In this document: piece after piece, positions 1 to 10,557 of the stretch
Position numbering within the stretch: position 1 is the stretch's first letter
Layout: each line of letters starts with the position of its first letter
Assembly (NCBI GenBank): GCA_023250155.1
Contig: JAHFBG010000005.1
Coordinates: 89,057 to 153,056, forward strand
DNA length: 64,000 nt
Source of the DNA: Candidatus Melainabacteria bacterium
GTDB lineage: Bacteria > Cyanobacteriota > Vampirovibrionia > 2-02-FULL-35-15
Direction of reading: 5' to 3'
The notes under the pieces: model-generated
What the model saw: only the letters and a program-made list of their open reading frames with translations
Database searches by the model: none
What the model was told of the DNA's origin: nothing
Program-made: the position numbers and the translations under genes

Positions 1-1001
1 AATCAAACAAACAAAATGAGATAAAACAATATTTCCAAGAGACCATTGTGCTCCTGAACAAAGCTAAAGAAGAAGCTTTAGAAAATAAAACCAAATTTCA
101 AAAACACTTACCTTTAATCATAAAATCATATGGGCTGGATTATAATTCACTTCTTACAAGAATAGCGTTTCTTGAAGCCTCTTCCCTATGTCTTGAATTA
201 AAACAAGATCATAAAATCGGGCTATCTATTTTAGAACCCTACATAAAAAACATAAAGAAAACAGATCCTAGAATTATAGAGCTATACACGCATTTTTTAA
301 ATGAAGATGGAAGATATAAAGAAGCAAGAGACGTATTGCTTAAAACAAACTCTATTTATCCAAAAACACCTTTTATTCTAATGGCTCTTGTTGATTTATT
401 TTCAAAGTATGAAAATGATTTCAATAGTGCTGAAAAATATTTATTAGAAGCTTTAAAACTGCTGCCTTATGATAAGGATATTTTATTAAAAGCTTTAGGC
501 TTCTATCAAGGATATAAAGATCCATCGGTCACTGCAAGATATGCATATCTATATGGACTTAGAGCACAGTCAAAACCTGCTTATGAACAAGCACTATCAC
601 TATATCTAAATCTTGGAGATATAAATAAGGCATCTACAATAGCTTCAAAACTATTAAAACTTGATCCTAATGATCCAGAACTTCTTTATTTCGTCAGTAT
701 GTTTTATTATAAAGTAAAAGATTTTAAAAAAGCAATTTCACTACTCAGCAATGGATATGAAATCTGTAGAAGAACCAATATCAGTGATGTTCTTAGACTA
801 GAAATTGGCTATACTTTATCCAGGCTTCACTTACAAACAGGAAATAAAAATGCTGCAATAATTATTGCAAGAGATATACCTCAACTAGCTACAACTACAG
901 AAGATCTTAAAAAACTAGCTGTATTATATAACTCACTTGGATTAACTGACTATTTAAATTACTGTTTAAACAAATTTAAACTTCTAAACAAAACAAATTA
1001 G
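1..1001 (+). CDS. C-terminal TPR portion of a TMTC/PMT-like (membrane GT-C + TPR) protein; reading frame is open to the window start, so the N-terminal membrane domain probably lies upstream
   Basis: The frame has no stop back to nt 3. The 317-aa product aligns with the C-terminal TPR half of the downstream 800-aa paralog (KHLPLIIKSYGLDY / KIPLILKSYGLDY; RYAYLYGLRA in both). Confidence 0.5.
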   Translation, partial: SNKQNEIKQYFQETIVLLNKAKEEALENKTKFQKHLPLIIKSYGLDYNSLLTRIAFLEASSLCLELKQDHKIGLSILEPYIKNIKKTDPRIIELYTHFLNEDGRYKEARDVLLKTNSIYPKTPFILMALVDLFSKYENDFNSAEKYLLEALKLLPYDKDILLKALGFYQGYKDPSVTARYAYLYGLRAQSKPAYEQALSLYLNLGDINKASTIASKLLKLDPNDPELLYFVSMFYYKVKDFKKAISLLSNGYEICRRTNISDVLRLEIGYTLSRLHLQTGNKNAAIIIARDIPQLATTTEDLKKLAVLYNSLGLTDYLNYCLNKFKLLNKTN

Positions 1002-1003
1002 AA

Positions 1004-3406
1004 ATGAATAAAGAAATAAAACAAAAAAACTTTAGAACTTTAGTTGATCTGTTTATTTGCATAGTTATTGTTTTAGTCTTATTTATACCTACAATAAGTA
1101 GACCTTGGATCTCTTATGATGAGAGAGGCATCACTAATGAGTTGTATCTGCCCATACCAACCTCTTTCCAAGAGATATACGAGATTATTGAAAGTTTTGG
1201 TTTAAATTATAGTGTAACTTCTTCAAATACCCTCTACAGTTCAAATTACATAACAAGAACATGTCCACTAAGTACAATCTTAACGCTATCAGTTTTATAT
1301 CTATTTAAGAGCAATTCAATTTACTATCACCTAATGAATTTGTGCTTACATTTAATAACTACTTGTCTTATTTTTATTATTTTAAAGAACTTGCTAAAAG
1401 CCTGTCCAAGACCGTTGATAATTCTTTTAACAATTCTCTGGGGAATTCATCCAGTAGAACTAGAGTCAGTATTATTATCAACAAACTTTGGAGCACTTAT
1501 ATCTTACATGTTCTTTTTTATCTTTCTATTAGACTTCTTAAAAAACAAAGAAAAAAATAAGTCCATTCTTCGACAATGCTTAATACCTCTACTCTTCATG
1601 ATTCCAATGCTCACCAATGAATATATAATCACACTCCCTCTTGTTCTATTTACATTCTCATTCTATGAAAATTATAAAAATAATGATTTTAGAAAAGCTA
1701 TTTCTTTAACCATCATTCACACTAAGCCTTATTTTATTGGACTATTTATATACATACTTTATTTCTTTTTTATATCTCACTACAGTATAAGCCAAACTTC
1801 AAACCATAACTATTTTCTTCTGTTAATAGAACGGGGTTTTTGGCTTTCTCCTCAAGTATTTTTTCACTTGATTAAGCTTGTTTTCTTTCCATTCAAGCTC
1901 TCAATTGATCAAGGAGTCTTTGTAACACTTGGAAAATCTTTATTTGACCCTTATTCTATTTTTTGTATTTTATTTATGTCTATTTGGCTTTTTGTACCAT
2001 TGATATTTTTTCTATCAAAAAGAAAACTAGAAAATCTATTTCTTTTAACCTGGTCTTTTTTCTTTGCTCTATTACCATTTCTACATATTCTTATGCCATC
2101 GTATACCCTTGCTGCAGAACGATATCTTTATGCTCCGTTAGCAATAATGATCATAGGGGTAGGAATCATGTTAAATGAAAACATCCATAAGTACGGGTCC
2201 CGCCCACAAAGTGGGCGAGGCTCGCTCGAAAACCGAGTGGCACGACCCGCACCTACTAGTAAGGGCATACTGCAGTATGCCCTTACACTAATCATAGTGC
2301 TTTGTTTCATGCGCTCATATATTCGAACACAGGACTGGAAAAATGATTTCACTCTTGCCAATTCAACTATTCAAATCACTGACAACTTACTGTTAAAAGG
2401 TATAAGAACACAAGACCTAGGACAAACATTTTTAAAATCAAATCCCAATAATCTTACTAAAGCTTATAAACACTTCACGAAAGCTCAAGAATACTTCTAC
2501 CAAGCCATAGAAAAACTAAAACAAGAAAAAAAAGAAAATCCAAAGATACCACTCATTCTAAAAAGCTATGGACTTGATTATGATTCTCTTAGTGTAAAAG
2601 CTATATATCTAATCTGTGTTGAACCGTTTAACAACAATTCAGAAAATAAAAAAGACTATGAAGATGCCTTGAGAATTCTTATCCCTTATTTAAAACACAT
2701 TAAGATCTTTGATCCACGCACGCTGGAACTCTATGCAAATCTCTTAATAAAAAATAATGATCTAGAAAGTGCAAAAAAGATTTTTCTTTATGCTTACAAT
2801 AAATACCCAACCCAGCAAACATTGCTAATTTCACTAATTCGGTTAAATAGAGATATTGAAAGAAACTTACCCGAAGCAAAAAATTATCTCTTAAAAGCTT
2901 TAAGGTTGTATCCTTATTCAAAAGATATATTGTTCGAAGCAGTAAGATACTATCAGACAGAGAACAATTTAGAAGAATATTCTAGATATGCATATTTATA
3001 TGGACTACGAGCTCACTCTGCTTTTACTTATAGAGAAGCACTTACAGGATTTTTAACTCTTGGAACTCTTGATAAAGCCAAACAAGCTGTAGAAAAACTC
3101 TTGAGACTTGATCCAAGCAATCCAAGAACTTTATATCTTGTAAGTAGTTACTATATAAAAATACAAAACTATGATCTAGCCATTACACTACTAAATCAAG
3201 CATTAACACTTAATCAAAATAAAGACAAACAACTCGAATTTGATTTAAATAACTTATTAGCTAACTTATATCTGGCTCAGGGAAGCATAGAACAAGGCAT
3301 TCACCACATAATAGAAGCATTAAATATAGACAAAGAAAATATAGTCAATAAAAACAAAATGAATGAACTAATTAAAAGATATAGACTAAACCTACATGTA
3401 CCTTAA
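1004..3406 (+). CDS. Polytopic membrane protein with C-terminal TPR repeats, TMTC/PMT-like GT-C glycosyltransferase candidate; carries an in-frame GC-rich repeat insertion
   Basis: N-terminal multi-TM domain with a D-E (SYDERG) motif in the first loop. Conserved FWLSPQVFFHLIKLVFFPF block shared with ORFs 12653..14908 and 31935..33962. C-terminal TPR-like helical repeats. Confidence 0.55.
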   Translation: MNKEIKQKNFRTLVDLFICIVIVLVLFIPTISRPWISYDERGITNELYLPIPTSFQEIYEIIESFGLNYSVTSSNTLYSSNYITRTCPLSTILTLSVLYLFKSNSIYYHLMNLCLHLITTCLIFIILKNLLKACPRPLIILLTILWGIHPVELESVLLSTNFGALISYMFFFIFLLDFLKNKEKNKSILRQCLIPLLFMIPMLTNEYIITLPLVLFTFSFYENYKNNDFRKAISLTIIHTKPYFIGLFIYILYFFFISHYSISQTSNHNYFLLLIERGFWLSPQVFFHLIKLVFFPFKLSIDQGVFVTLGKSLFDPYSIFCILFMSIWLFVPLIFFLSKRKLENLFLLTWSFFFALLPFLHILMPSYTLAAERYLYAPLAIMIIGVGIMLNENIHKYGSRPQSGRGSLENRVARPAPTSKGILQYALTLIIVLCFMRSYIRTQDWKNDFTLANSTIQITDNLLLKGIRTQDLGQTFLKSNPNNLTKAYKHFTKAQEYFYQAIEKLKQEKKENPKIPLILKSYGLDYDSLSVKAIYLICVEPFNNNSENKKDYEDALRILIPYLKHIKIFDPRTLELYANLLIKNNDLESAKKIFLYAYNKYPTQQTLLISLIRLNRDIERNLPEAKNYLLKALRLYPYSKDILFEAVRYYQTENNLEEYSRYAYLYGLRAHSAFTYREALTGFLTLGTLDKAKQAVEKLLRLDPSNPRTLYLVSSYYIKIQNYDLAITLLNQALTLNQNKDKQLEFDLNNLLANLYLAQGSIEQGIHHIIEALNIDKENIVNKNKMNELIKRYRLNLHVP
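2191..2288. repeat. GC-rich nested-palindrome element inserted in frame in a CDS (encodes ..SRPQSGRGSLENRVARPAPTSKGILQYAL..)
   Basis: Local GC spike in AT-rich CDS. Hairpins cgggtc..gacccg, cgcccac-aaa-gtgggcg, and perfect palindrome agggcatactgcagtatgccct. Shares the tcccgccca..ggcgaggctcgct core with the insert in the UbiD gene at 62501..62605. Confidence 0.5.
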
Positions 3407-3466
3407 AACAAGATTGTTTAAAGATGCTTGTTGCTTTTATGATTATCAAATTTAATCATCTGTAAG

Positions 3467-5749
3467 TTAAAAATATTTTAAGACACAATTATGAATTGTA
3501 GCTTGCTGCTTTAAAATATCTTCACTAAAGGCATTAACAAATAACTTGTTTTTCTTAATCGTATGATCTATTTCCATGATCCGCTTCAGATACTTCGTAG
3601 CATCGATTTCACTTTGAAATAAAAGCATTACTTTAGTATTATAAGATTCTGGAAAAATAGCTACTTTTTCACTCAAATATACATTAAAAGTCCAATAAGC
3701 TCTCCTAGGAAAAGTAGAAATATATTTTTCTTGATCTGTAAATTCCAATAACATTGCTTTTGCATTAGGCAAATATTTATCTTCTATCTCAATAAGAGGC
3801 TTTAGCACACCTTCTTGAATTAATTTTTCAATCAATCCTAAATCAACAAATGGAGCTGTTCTACTATCTAAAAACAACCACTTAATATTTAATTCTTTTA
3901 TTAAATAGGGATCTAATGTTTGTAGCAAAGTAATATACGTTGCTTTTCTAGATAAGCTTGAGCCATTAATAGAGTAACAAGGTATCCCTACATAACCAAA
4001 TGGTAAAGAATTTATAGACAATCCACATTCATTGCTTTGTGAATGTTTTTGTAGATACTCAACAATTTCAGTAAATGATTTATCTGCATCTAATTTCCCC
4101 CTTAAGGATAATAATAAATTAGTTGAACTATTAAAAGTACTATCATGTAACCCAAGTTGAATTTTATTTATAAAATCATGATTTAAATAAATAGACGGGG
4201 AAAATATGCCACCTAAGACCAATGTTATAACTGGCTGGGAAATTATTATTACAACAAACAATATATTTTTGAATGTATTTAAAAATCTCACCCGCATTAC
4301 AAATGCCATATTGAATATACACAGTATAAATAAGCAAGTTAAAAGCTCATGTGCAGGATGATAAAGCCTTAAAATGTCTGGGGGAGAAGTCTTTATTAAG
4401 ACAAAAAATGGAATAATATATGAAATCAAAATAAATGACAGAATAAAATTTGTCCAAACAAAATTCTTTCGAATTAACCAGTAAACTACAAATATTGAAA
4501 ATATAAACTGTAACCCTAGTTCACATAAAAAATCCCATGAGAAAAAATTTATAATTCTATGATGATTTAAATCACCAAATCTACCAAAGACCTCAAATTG
4601 AAATGGGTTGGATTTTAGAAGATAGATAAAGAAATCTGGAATATAAGTATAATTTTGACTTATTATTGTAGTTGCTAAACCATTAAAAACTATAATTGCT
4701 ATAAAACAAATCAAACAAATCAGATTCTTAAGAACTAATGACTTGTAATTTGATTGGTTTTTAAATATCAGAAAGAGCATAGAAGACAATAATAAAGAAG
4801 CCATAAAAATATAAAGTATCCACTCTGCTGAATGAAATAACGCCAAAGAGGTAATGAGTATTGGTATTAAGTAAATAAAACTTGAAGTCTTACTTACAAA
4901 GTTAAAATACAAAAAAAGAAGTAGTAAAAAGAACTGAACACCTAAAGTAATTGATGCAAACATAATTCCAGCACTACCTAAATCACTCATGAAGCTTCCA
5001 TGCATTCCAAGAGCACAGACAGATTCAAATAAAGACCAGCTATTAGTAACAGGTTCAATTTTAAAAATATATCGAATTAATGAATCCAGCCAAAGTAAGT
5101 TCCCCGCAAAATAAAAAGCAATACTCCCGGCTAAAGCTTGCAAAAATGATTTTCCCTCTGTAAAAAAATAAACGATGGCAAAGCAAGAGAAAAAGATCAC
5201 AACTACTGAGGTAAGAACTACAAAATGAAATGAATTCAAAACACTAATATGCATGAGCTTAGACAATAATGCACTATATATATCAAAACCATAATGATAT
5301 GGAATAAAAATAGAAGGCCATGAGTATGTCCCTGTGGGAAATTTATCACTTGTAACAAAAAAAGATGCCTGTGAAAGATGGTACCCAAAATCCCAAATAG
5401 ATGACTTATTCAAAGTTAAGTAAGTGAAAAATAAAATAAAGGTACATATTATACTTAAAATTATTAGTTGTTTAAATTCTAATGTATTCTCAAATTTGAA
5501 AACTTTTTCCTTAAAAAAAAGTCCTACTGTAATCGAAATTAAAAATAAAATTAAAATCGATACTAAAGTAGCATTCTGTACACCAATGAAATAAGCCAAG
5601 CTATAAATTAATATTAAAAAAGATGCTGTACCAAATACAAAAGAAAAAGGAAATAAATAAACAATAGAGCTTATATCAAGCAAAGTTCTTAATACAACCC
5701 ATCCAAAAAAAGGTAATATTAAAAATAACAATGAATAAATAGTTATCAT
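3467..5749 (-). CDS. Large polytopic membrane protein, paralog A of a three-member family; putative GT-C-type glycosyltransferase with C-terminal soluble domain
   Basis: 760 aa, many TM helices. Conserved loop (IWDFGYH vs IHDQAWH / IHDKEFH) and C-terminal LDPxLxxELNIKW motif shared with 5803..8121 and 8121..10421. Confidence 0.45.
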   Translation of the reverse strand: MITIYSLLFLILPFFGWVVLRTLLDISSIVYLFPFSFVFGTASFLILIYSLAYFIGVQNATLVSILILFLISITVGLFFKEKVFKFENTLEFKQLIILSIICTFILFFTYLTLNKSSIWDFGYHLSQASFFVTSDKFPTGTYSWPSIFIPYHYGFDIYSALLSKLMHISVLNSFHFVVLTSVVVIFFSCFAIVYFFTEGKSFLQALAGSIAFYFAGNLLWLDSLIRYIFKIEPVTNSWSLFESVCALGMHGSFMSDLGSAGIMFASITLGVQFFLLLLFLYFNFVSKTSSFIYLIPILITSLALFHSAEWILYIFMASLLLSSMLFLIFKNQSNYKSLVLKNLICLICFIAIIVFNGLATTIISQNYTYIPDFFIYLLKSNPFQFEVFGRFGDLNHHRIINFFSWDFLCELGLQFIFSIFVVYWLIRKNFVWTNFILSFILISYIIPFFVLIKTSPPDILRLYHPAHELLTCLFILCIFNMAFVMRVRFLNTFKNILFVVIIISQPVITLVLGGIFSPSIYLNHDFINKIQLGLHDSTFNSSTNLLLSLRGKLDADKSFTEIVEYLQKHSQSNECGLSINSLPFGYVGIPCYSINGSSLSRKATYITLLQTLDPYLIKELNIKWLFLDSRTAPFVDLGLIEKLIQEGVLKPLIEIEDKYLPNAKAMLLEFTDQEKYISTFPRRAYWTFNVYLSEKVAIFPESYNTKVMLLFQSEIDATKYLKRIMEIDHTIKKNKLFVNAFSEDILKQQATIHNCVLKYF

Positions 5750-5802
5750 AAAGTCATATCAATTATTGCTTATTTATAATATAGTGTCAAAATAGGTAAA
5801 CA

Positions 5803-8121
5803 ATGGCACTATCAATCTTAATAACAATCTGTTTTTTTTCAATTTGCACATGTTTTGGATTTTTTTATTTGAGCAAAATTTTGAAAATTAATTCTTTGCT
5901 CTTTTTAATATCATTCTCTACTTCACTAGGCATAAGTTCTTATATTTTTCTTTGTCATCTTTTATCATTTATCATGGGACCTTCAAAAGCTTCAGAGATA
6001 TCTTTATGTGTGTTATTAGCCCTAACTATAATAATATTTCTAACTTGCAAAATAAAAGAAAAACTATTCTTAGAATTTAGCAAAAATAAATTTGGTTACA
6101 TCATATTAATCACAATAATTATAATTGCATGCACTTTTTCTGCAATATATAAGCACAGTATTCATGATCAAGCATGGCATATCCCTCTTGCACAAAGCAT
6201 TTACAAAAACTCTATTTATCCACTAAGAGATTTTTTAAGACCTGATTATGCTCTTATTTATCATTTTGGCGGAGATCTCTTTAGCGGAGCCATAAATCAT
6301 CTTTCTAAAATTGGTATCTTTAATTCTTTTGAGGTAACATCTAGCATTTGTGGTGGCATAACATTCCTAAGCTTGTTTTGTCTAGCTTGGATACTAACTA
6401 AAAAATATAAGTTATCTTTAATTTCAGCATTTTGTTGTTATTTTGGCTCAGGCTTACTCTGGTTAAATGCTCTTAGTACTTATACTACCAAGAACACATC
6501 TAATCTAAGTTTCATAGAAATATTCTTATCGAAAGGTATATATGGGTACATTTATAATTCACCATCTATAACTACTTTTTCATCCTCATCTAGCCTAGGA
6601 TACCCCATCCTGATTTTATGTTTTTTCTTGTTCTACATATTAACTAAGAAAAATAATTTGAAAGATTCCATTCTCTATATTCTTAGCTTGCCTATCTGTT
6701 TATTATCACTTAGCCTTTGTGCAGGCTGGTTATGCTTATCATTTCTAGCCAGTATATCCCTATACTTATTAATAATACTTTTAACAACCCTTATAAAAAA
6801 GAGAAAGATCCCTAGTCTGGCATTCGGCGTTTTTACAATGCTTTTTGTTTTTATTCTTCTGAATATTTTTTTTAGAAATGAAATGTACTCACAAGACCAA
6901 TTTCTTGGACGTTCAAATATTTTCAATATTGTCCTTAAAGAAAATCCATTTACAGTAACTGCTTGGAGCAGTGGGGAGGTATTCACCAAAACTATCTCAT
7001 GTTTTAGCTGGGATTTTATTCAGTCTTTTGGTTTAAGTCTTATACTCTTACCTATAGTTTTTATTTATTTATTAAAGTATAAAAATAAATTCTCTATATT
7101 GCTTTTTCTAGTACCACTTTTAACAATGCCACTGCCCCTATTATTTGAGTTCAAGCTAAGTCCTGTTGACTTTAATAGGCTGTTTGGTTTTGGAAATATC
7201 ATGCTTATACTTTTAACAACAACTGGAATTGGTTTACTTTATAAGAACTTTACTAATAATAAGCTTCTTCTTATAACTTATGTCATGTTCTTTTGTCTCT
7301 CATCACTTGCTGGATTATTAATTGGTGTTTTATTTTGTCCACAAATGTATTCAGATGCAGTCTTTACCAAGACTGCATTGCACAACCTTAGCAAAACAAA
7401 TTCCTTCGATGATTTATTCAAATTTCAAACAGAAATAACTAGAGACGCTCTAATGTCAAAATATTTATTCTCAGATAAATATAAAAGTGAGGTTAACTTC
7501 TTTACAAAATATGGTATGTCTTCTGATGTTGCTATAAGTAGTATCCCAGGTATTCCAATTTATTCTGGAGTTTATACTCTTATTCCATCAATGATGTATG
7601 GGCTAAAGAGTCAAATCTATTCTGGCTTTGACAATATTTATCCAACAGTTATTACTACACTAGATCCACATTTATTAAATGAACTGAATATAAAATGGGT
7701 GGGATATGATGAAGTATCAAAGAAAAAACTTCCTAAAGAAACACTTGACTTTCTAAATGACAGAAATATATTCATGTTGGTTTATTCAAGTCAAATCGAA
7801 CCAGATCCTAAGAATAAAATCTCTTATCAAATATTTCAAGTGAGTAACTTAACAAATCAATTACAAAATTATAAAAGACAAGCAGGATGGATACTGGTAG
7901 ATAAGGAAGGTAACCCAATTGAAATCATACAAAAACTTTATCCTAACATTAGCTTGTTTACTACAGAAAAAAATGCTCTTCAATACTTAAAAAAACTCAT
8001 ATCTCAAAATTTAAATCTTAAAACACAACTAATTACTGCACAACCAATTATTATTAAAATCACGCAAGAACAATTAGCTCAAAGTGGCTTATCTATAAAA
8101 TTAGAGGAGCATATTAATTAA
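5803..8121 (+). CDS. Large polytopic membrane protein, paralog B; putative GT-C-type glycosyltransferase
   Basis: 772 aa. Same architecture and motifs as paralogs A and C. Stop overlaps the next start (TAATG). Confidence 0.45.
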   Translation: MALSILITICFFSICTCFGFFYLSKILKINSLLFLISFSTSLGISSYIFLCHLLSFIMGPSKASEISLCVLLALTIIIFLTCKIKEKLFLEFSKNKFGYIILITIIIIACTFSAIYKHSIHDQAWHIPLAQSIYKNSIYPLRDFLRPDYALIYHFGGDLFSGAINHLSKIGIFNSFEVTSSICGGITFLSLFCLAWILTKKYKLSLISAFCCYFGSGLLWLNALSTYTTKNTSNLSFIEIFLSKGIYGYIYNSPSITTFSSSSSLGYPILILCFFLFYILTKKNNLKDSILYILSLPICLLSLSLCAGWLCLSFLASISLYLLIILLTTLIKKRKIPSLAFGVFTMLFVFILLNIFFRNEMYSQDQFLGRSNIFNIVLKENPFTVTAWSSGEVFTKTISCFSWDFIQSFGLSLILLPIVFIYLLKYKNKFSILLFLVPLLTMPLPLLFEFKLSPVDFNRLFGFGNIMLILLTTTGIGLLYKNFTNNKLLLITYVMFFCLSSLAGLLIGVLFCPQMYSDAVFTKTALHNLSKTNSFDDLFKFQTEITRDALMSKYLFSDKYKSEVNFFTKYGMSSDVAISSIPGIPIYSGVYTLIPSMMYGLKSQIYSGFDNIYPTVITTLDPHLLNELNIKWVGYDEVSKKKLPKETLDFLNDRNIFMLVYSSQIEPDPKNKISYQIFQVSNLTNQLQNYKRQAGWILVDKEGNPIEIIQKLYPNISLFTTEKNALQYLKKLISQNLNLKTQLITAQPIIIKITQEQLAQSGLSIKLEEHIN

Positions 8122-10421
8122 TGTTTTGTTATATAAAGTTTTTTTTATTTTTAATTTCTATTTGTGGCTTTGGTTTTACATCTTTAGTTCAAGTGAATAA
8201 AATAAAATCACTTGTCTTGTTAATTCCATCTTCTATCATAATGGGTACAGCCTCATATTTATTTCTTACTCACATTCTTTCTTTCATTATGGGTCCACAA
8301 TCTGCTTGCATAGTAAGTTTATTAGTTTTAATTGTTTGTACAATAACACTTTTAATTACAAAAAGGAGAGAGTTTTTAAAAATAGAGAATGAATTTACAA
8401 AGAATCAACTTATAAGTTTAATCCTCCTTGCAATATCAATATGTACTCTTACCTGGCTTGCTACAAGCAAGTTTGGTATCCATGACAAAGAATTTCATAT
8501 TCCTGTCGCACTGTCTATATTTCACAACAATATTTATCCTCCAAAAGATTTTTATAGACCTGAATATCTTTTACTCTATCATTATGGGGGAGACATATTA
8601 GCTGGTGCAATAAATCATATTTGCAAGATAGAAATTCTTTCTTGTTATGAATTAACCTCAACAATTTTTAGTGGAACAACATTTTTGTGTTTTTTTGCAC
8701 TGGCTTGGCTAATAACAAATAGTTTTCAAATATCAATTCTTAGTGCATTTTGTACTTATTTTGGCGGTGGACTTTTATGGCTGGACGCTATTATACGATA
8801 TCTCTCAAACACACTACCTGCAAACTCTTATAAATGGGATTTTCTACAAACCCTTTTAAATATTGGCATCCATGGAGGAATAATTGATGCTCCATCTGTT
8901 GGCACATTTGTATCTACAAGCAGCTTTGGTAATCCTTTGCTAATTTTCTCATTGATACTTTTTTGGAAATTCTTCAATGAAACCAATATTAAAATTCAGA
9001 TTGCAAATTTAATCTTTTTAACCATTTCTCTATTTAGTCTGTTCATCACTGCTGAATGGCTTTACATGACGTTTTGGGCAGGAATCATACCATTCTTACT
9101 ATTTCAAGCATTTAAGAGAAAAAATCTTGGTATGAGTGTTGTATTACTTATATCATCAATAATTCTTAATAAAACCCTTGGAAATGCTTTATTCCTACAG
9201 GATTCTATTCATCATCTTGGTCGTGCAAATATTTTTAACATCGGTATAAAAGAAAAATTGTTCTGGGTTACAAGTTGGGGGAGGCTTAGTGATATAACAA
9301 ATGAGTATAGAGAACTATCTTGTTTTTCATGGGATTTTATATCTGAGTTTGGCTTAAGTATGATTCTATTTCCACTTGTAATCATTTATTTATTTAAAGA
9401 AAGAAATAAACTTGCAATTCTTTTATTTCTATGCTCAATATTCACTATGTCACTACCCGTTATTATAGATTTTAAAATAAACCCTGTTGATGCTAATAGA
9501 TTTTTCGGGTTTGGAAACTCCATGTGTGTGATGTTAATTATAATTGGCATAAATAAAATCTTTAATTCCTATACACTTAAAAAGTTTATAGTTAGTGTTA
9601 GCATTATCGGATTTACATTGTCTCCAGTCACAGGACTAGTTCTTAGCTCAATTTTTAGTCCTTATATTTATCTAAGTAAACCGTTTGTCCATCATGTTTT
9701 TAATGAATTGAAAAAAGTTAAATCAATTGCAGAACTACAAGTTAACTTGTTAGCTTTAAATACATTGTTTTCGCAAAATTACAGATTCTATACACTCTAT
9801 CAATTTAAAAATATAATACAATTCTTAAAAGAACATAGCAAGCCAAATGATGTTGCAATTAGTAGCTCTACAGATATTTCTTTATATGCAGGTATTTATA
9901 CTTTAATACCTGCCAATGCATGGCTTTATAAGGATCTTTTATATTCACCATTTGACAGCATTTATTTAACTACACTTACTACTCTAGACTATCATCTATT
10001 AAATGAGCTAAATATTAAGTGGGTCATTCTCAGTAATCGAGCTAAACATAATCTCCCACAAGAAACTCAAAAGAAACTATTAGACAATGATATTTTAAAC
10101 TTAGTTTACATAGATAAGAATAATGATCTTGAAGTATATTACGTAAAAGCTCTAAGGAATATACTTCAAAATACTCCTCGTCAGACCGCTTGGTTATTAG
10201 TAAATAAAACTGGTAACCCTATTGAACCCAACATTCTACAAGAGAATAAAATTTCTTTATTTTCTACTTCATTTAATGCACTATCATATTTAAGCCAATT
10301 AATTAAATTGAAACTTATTGAAAAAAATGAATTGGTCACATCACAAGCTGTTGAGATAAGTAAACTTGAAGAACAAATAAATAAAGGTAATCTAGGAATC
10401 GCCCTGGATAGAAGATTTTAA
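8121..10421 (+). CDS. Large polytopic membrane protein, paralog C; putative GT-C-type glycosyltransferase
   Basis: 766 aa. The YHxGGD..GAINH block and LDYHLLNELNIKWV motif are shared with paralog B. Translationally coupled to paralog B. Confidence 0.45.
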   Translation: MFCYIKFFLFLISICGFGFTSLVQVNKIKSLVLLIPSSIIMGTASYLFLTHILSFIMGPQSACIVSLLVLIVCTITLLITKRREFLKIENEFTKNQLISLILLAISICTLTWLATSKFGIHDKEFHIPVALSIFHNNIYPPKDFYRPEYLLLYHYGGDILAGAINHICKIEILSCYELTSTIFSGTTFLCFFALAWLITNSFQISILSAFCTYFGGGLLWLDAIIRYLSNTLPANSYKWDFLQTLLNIGIHGGIIDAPSVGTFVSTSSFGNPLLIFSLILFWKFFNETNIKIQIANLIFLTISLFSLFITAEWLYMTFWAGIIPFLLFQAFKRKNLGMSVVLLISSIILNKTLGNALFLQDSIHHLGRANIFNIGIKEKLFWVTSWGRLSDITNEYRELSCFSWDFISEFGLSMILFPLVIIYLFKERNKLAILLFLCSIFTMSLPVIIDFKINPVDANRFFGFGNSMCVMLIIIGINKIFNSYTLKKFIVSVSIIGFTLSPVTGLVLSSIFSPYIYLSKPFVHHVFNELKKVKSIAELQVNLLALNTLFSQNYRFYTLYQFKNIIQFLKEHSKPNDVAISSSTDISLYAGIYTLIPANAWLYKDLLYSPFDSIYLTTLTTLDYHLLNELNIKWVILSNRAKHNLPQETQKKLLDNDILNLVYIDKNNDLEVYYVKALRNILQNTPRQTAWLLVNKTGNPIEPNILQENKISLFSTSFNALSYLSQLIKLKLIEKNELVTSQAVEISKLEEQINKGNLGIALDRRF

Positions 10422-10557
10422 AGTGTTATAACAATCTCAATGGTCTTTATAAATGCGCTTAATGACATATTATCCTAAAAATTTCTGCGGGAAACTCCAA
10501 ATTTAATCTATTGATATAATGTTATTTTAAATCTAAGGGTTAATATAGGTCAAAAAC

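Noticed and set aside
2128-2361. 77-aa reverse-strand ORF (MARVKSFFQSCVRIYERMKQ…)
   Set aside because: It lies antisense within the 800-aa GT-C/TPR gene, exactly over the GC-rich palindromic insert. Its open frame is a by-product of GC-rich palindromic sequence.
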